From Sulfuricurvum sp. (lineage in GTDB: Bacteria > Campylobacterota > Campylobacteria > Campylobacterales > Sulfurimonadaceae): a DNA stretch of 64,000 nt. The position numbers and the translations under genes are program-made. The notes beneath the pieces are model-generated. The model was not told the DNA's origin. It worked only from the letters and a program-made list of their open reading frames with translations, and searched no databases. This document shows positions 59,700 to 64,000 of the stretch, one piece after another. Position 1 is the stretch's first letter; each line of letters starts with the position of its first letter. The stretch is from assembly GCA_030696775.1 (NCBI GenBank), contig JAUYRN010000012.1, forward strand, positions 65,426 to 129,425, in the 5' to 3' direction.

Positions 59700-61603
59700 T
59701 TGTCGATGAAAATTTTGATGGTGTAGAAATTCTTCCAAAAAATTTACGTTTGCAAGCCGAAAGAATCGCTTGCGAAAACATGGATGAGTCACGAGAAGAC
59801 TTAGAAAAAATGTTGCCCGAAGAAATCGGACGTATACTGCATGAATTACGTGTTCATCAAATCGAATTGGAAATGCAAAACGAGGAATTACGTCAAACGC
59901 AAATAGAGCTTGATGCCCAACGTGAGCGTTATTTTGATCTCTATGATCTGGCTCCGGTAGGCTATTGTACTCTCTCCGAGGCGGGATTAATATTAGAAGC
60001 TAACTTAACCGCTGCTGTACTGCTTGGGGTTAGCCGAAATAATCTAGTTGGGCGGCTCATGTCTAAATTTGTCCACAAAGAAGATCAAAACAACTACTAT
60101 CTGTACCGTAAAAAATTCTTTAAATCGGATGAAAAATTCTCTTTTGAATTACGTTTGCTTCGTGAAAATAATCCACCCTTTTGGGCGCATCTAGTAACGA
60201 TTGCTGCAAAAAATAGTGATAATATTTCCGTCGTTCGGCTAGTAATGAGCGATATTACCGAAAAAAAGCTATACGAAAATGAGTTAAACCGAATTGCCCA
60301 GTATGATGCACTGACCAATCTTCCCAATCGTGTACTGCTATCCGATCGCCTCAGTCAAGGGATGGCTCAGTCCCAACGTCATGGACTCCCTTTGGGCGTT
60401 GTTTATCTCGACTTAGATGGATTTAAAGAAGTCAATGATACTCATGGTCATGAAGTAGGCGATCATGTCCTCATTACCCTCTCCAATCAAATGAAACAAA
60501 CACTTCGAGAGGGGGATACCATTGCTCGAATAGGAGGAGATGAGTTCGTTATACTTTTGCTTGATTTGAATACTATCGAAGATGCTATTCCTATGATTAT
60601 CCGTCTTTTAGAGGCAACCTCCAAGCCATTAAATGTCGATGATCTATTATTGCAGATCACTGCAAGTCTAGGGGTAACTTTTTACCCGCAAGCTCAAAAA
60701 ATAGATACAGATTTACTCTTACGTCAAGCAGATCAAGCAATGTATCAAGCCAAATTAGCCGGCAGAAATCGCTATCATGTTTTTGATACACAGCAAGACA
60801 CACTTCTTCGAGAAAGATATGAATTTATAGAAAATATGCATAAAGCAATGCAATTATCTGAATTTCTCCTCTATTATCAGCCAAAAGTCAATATGAAAAC
60901 AGGAGTTGTTATTGGAGTAGAGGCGCTGATTCGATGGCAACATCCCAAAAATGGTCTCTTACCACCAGCTCTATTTTTACCTATGATTGAAGATCATCCA
61001 CTCTCTATTGAACTAGGAGAGTGGGTCATCAATGCGGCCTTAACCCAAATGGAACGTTGGCATCACGAGGGAGTCGATGTTCACATAAGCGTTAATGTTA
61101 GTGCTCGACAGCTTCAAGAAGATAATTTTGTCAACCGTTTACAGGAGATTTTAGCGTTACATCCGGACATTAATCCTGCTTATTTAGAGCTTGAAGTGTT
61201 AGAAACCAGTAAGCTAGAAGACATGACCCGAATCTCTAAAATTATTCAATCGTGCCGAGAGTTCGAAGTATTATTTTCGCTTGATGATTTTGGTACCGGT
61301 TATTCTTCTCTCACGTATCTCCAGCAGTTACCCATCGCCACGATAAAAATTGATCAAAGCTTTATTCGCGATATGTTTAATAATCCCAATGATATTGCAA
61401 TCTTATCAGGGATTATCAGCCTTGCTCATGCATTTCATTTGAATATAATCGCTGAGGGGGTAGAAACCATAGCGCACGGAGAACTGTTATTACAAATGGG
61501 ATGTGAATGTGCACAAGGCTACGCCATCGCTCGCCCAATGCCAGCACATGAGTTTCCTGGCTGGTTAGCTACTTGGTGTTCATACTCAGAGTGGATCAAA
61601 TAG
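59696..61603 (+). CDS. PAS-GGDEF-EAL protein
   Basis: HQIELEMQNEEL coil, PAS, intact GGDEF and EAL. ATGA overlap with the CheB/CheR gene. Confidence 0.93.
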   Translation: MIVDENFDGVEILPKNLRLQAERIACENMDESREDLEKMLPEEIGRILHELRVHQIELEMQNEELRQTQIELDAQRERYFDLYDLAPVGYCTLSEAGLILEANLTAAVLLGVSRNNLVGRLMSKFVHKEDQNNYYLYRKKFFKSDEKFSFELRLLRENNPPFWAHLVTIAAKNSDNISVVRLVMSDITEKKLYENELNRIAQYDALTNLPNRVLLSDRLSQGMAQSQRHGLPLGVVYLDLDGFKEVNDTHGHEVGDHVLITLSNQMKQTLREGDTIARIGGDEFVILLLDLNTIEDAIPMIIRLLEATSKPLNVDDLLLQITASLGVTFYPQAQKIDTDLLLRQADQAMYQAKLAGRNRYHVFDTQQDTLLRERYEFIENMHKAMQLSEFLLYYQPKVNMKTGVVIGVEALIRWQHPKNGLLPPALFLPMIEDHPLSIELGEWVINAALTQMERWHHEGVDVHISVNVSARQLQEDNFVNRLQEILALHPDINPAYLELEVLETSKLEDMTRISKIIQSCREFEVLFSLDDFGTGYSSLTYLQQLPIATIKIDQSFIRDMFNNPNDIAILSGIISLAHAFHLNIIAEGVETIAHGELLLQMGCECAQGYAIARPMPAHEFPGWLATWCSYSEWIK

Positions 61604-61617
61604 AGTGACCTTCCTTC

Positions 61618-61633
61618 TCGAACAAATCTTGCA
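61618..61633 (+). promoter_or_regulatory. Sigma54-like element upstream of nifS (TCGAACAAATCTTGCA)
   Basis: CG-N10-GC, with GC about 37 nt before the ATG. Confidence 0.58.
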
Positions 61634-61659
61634 TTAGTCCTTATAATAACGACACATGA

Positions 61660-62853
<1,194 letters not shown>

Positions 62854-62871
62854 TTCACTCAGAGACTAGCC

Positions 62872-64000
62872 CTATTTGCATAACAGTTCAAAAAACTCTT
62901 TTGCAGGTAGTGGCGGGCTTTTGTAATACCCTTGATACATTGTGCATCCACGCTCTTTTAAAAATTCAATCTGCTCGACACGCTCTGTACCCTCCGCTAA
63001 AATCTGAAAACCAAGTGCTGTCCCCATAGCGATAATGGCCGTAACAATCGCCATATCATCTGCATCAAACGGAAGATCATCCACAAAACTTTTATCAATT
63101 TTTAAAACATCAATCGGAAATCGCTTCAGATAGGAGAGTGACGAGTATCCAGTTCCGAAGTCATCAATGGCAAGTCGTATCCCCTGTGCACGAAGCATAT
63201 GAAGCATTGCCACCGTCTCCTCTTCCCTTTGCATAAGAGCGCTTTCTGTAAGTTCAAGCTCGAGCTTATCTGCCGGATATCCTGATTTTTTAAGAGCTGA
63301 TTCAACCATTGCCGGAATATTTTGGTGGCGTACTTGATGAGCAGATAGATTGACTGCAAGTGTCAGTCGATATCCAGCGTCTAGCCAAATTTTTCCCTGT
63401 CGGCATGTCTCATTCAGTACCCATTCACCAATAGCGCTAATGAGTCCCGTCTCCTCAGCAATCGGGATAAACAAACTTGGAAAAATCATACCTTTCTCAG
63501 GATTGTTCCATCGGACCAGAGCTTCAGCACCAACAATTTTCCCCGTTGCAATATGAACTTGCGGCTGATAATAAACTTCGAATTCATTGTTCTCAACTGC
63601 GCGACGTAAACATGTCTCATATTCAATCCGCTGACGTGCTGAATCGGTCAATTCATCGGTATAGTAGCGATAAATACCTCGCCCCTCCCCTTTCGCTTTA
63701 TACAAAGCTGCATCAGCATGCTGAAGTAACTCAGAAGCACTCTCTCCATGATCAGGAAAAAGAACAATCCCGGCACTCATCCCGATATGCACTACTGCGC
63801 CGCCGATCAGTTTATAGGGAGCATTCTGTGCATCGATCATTTCTTTTGCGATCCGACCTGCATCTTCGGGACGATTAAGATGTTCCAAGACAATAGCAAA
63901 CTCATCTCCGCCCAAACGGCTGATAATATCTCCATCGCGTAATCTCACATCAAACCGCTGTGCTACTTGCTGAAGCAGCTCATCTCCTGCTGCATGCCCG
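62872..64000 (-). CDS. GGDEF-EAL protein, 5' part outside window
   Basis: The frame stays open past 63948 to the window edge (GHAAGDELL...). GGDEF, EAL and DDFGTGYSSL are intact. Confidence 0.92.
   Translation of the reverse strand, partial: GHAAGDELLQQVAQRFDVRLRDGDIISRLGGDEFAIVLEHLNRPEDAGRIAKEMIDAQNAPYKLIGGAVVHIGMSAGIVLFPDHGESASELLQHADAALYKAKGEGRGIYRYYTDELTDSARQRIEYETCLRRAVENNEFEVYYQPQVHIATGKIVGAEALVRWNNPEKGMIFPSLFIPIAEETGLISAIGEWVLNETCRQGKIWLDAGYRLTLAVNLSAHQVRHQNIPAMVESALKKSGYPADKLELELTESALMQREEETVAMLHMLRAQGIRLAIDDFGTGYSSLSYLKRFPIDVLKIDKSFVDDLPFDADDMAIVTAIIAMGTALGFQILAEGTERVEQIEFLKERGCTMYQGYYKSPPLPAKEFFELLCK

Overview
64 kb of AT-rich bacterial chromosome. Gene content and protein sequences point to a sulfur-oxidising Campylobacterota, probably Sulfuricurvum/Sulfurimonas-like; this is an inference from protein resemblance. 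1-24.8 kb is mostly housekeeping and signalling: MarR plus an efflux lipoprotein, Fe-ADH, aspartate aminotransferase, lpxD, ilvBN, ppx, a WD40 protein, ilvA, gltA, a DEAD-box helicase, an orphan trpB, arfB, thpR and GGDEF/EAL proteins. 24.9-38.8 kb is an accessory block. It has a divergent lplA-lipA-lpdA-P-type ATPase operon, a coupled acsA-pdhA-pdhB-pdhC-ACP operon, then a host-attachment protein, an AmmeMemoRadiSam radical SAM enzyme, a Zn-less DksA-like protein and a pcm gene broken by a TAG codon. 39.4-62.9 kb is a mosaic Mo-nitrogenase region: nifH-ORF-nifD-nifK, nifB-nifV, NifX-like, Tpx-like, SIR2-clpP-clpX and nifS. It is interrupted by an AT-rich HD + HSP90-like ATPase gene and by a CheB/CheR-PAS plus GGDEF-EAL pair. 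Five nif-region transcription units share an upstream (A/C)GAAC-N5-(T/A)TGCA motif with sigma54 -24/-12 spacing but without the usual -25 G. No rRNA, tRNA, CRISPR array or transposase was recognised. nifE, nifN, nifU and nifA are not in the window.
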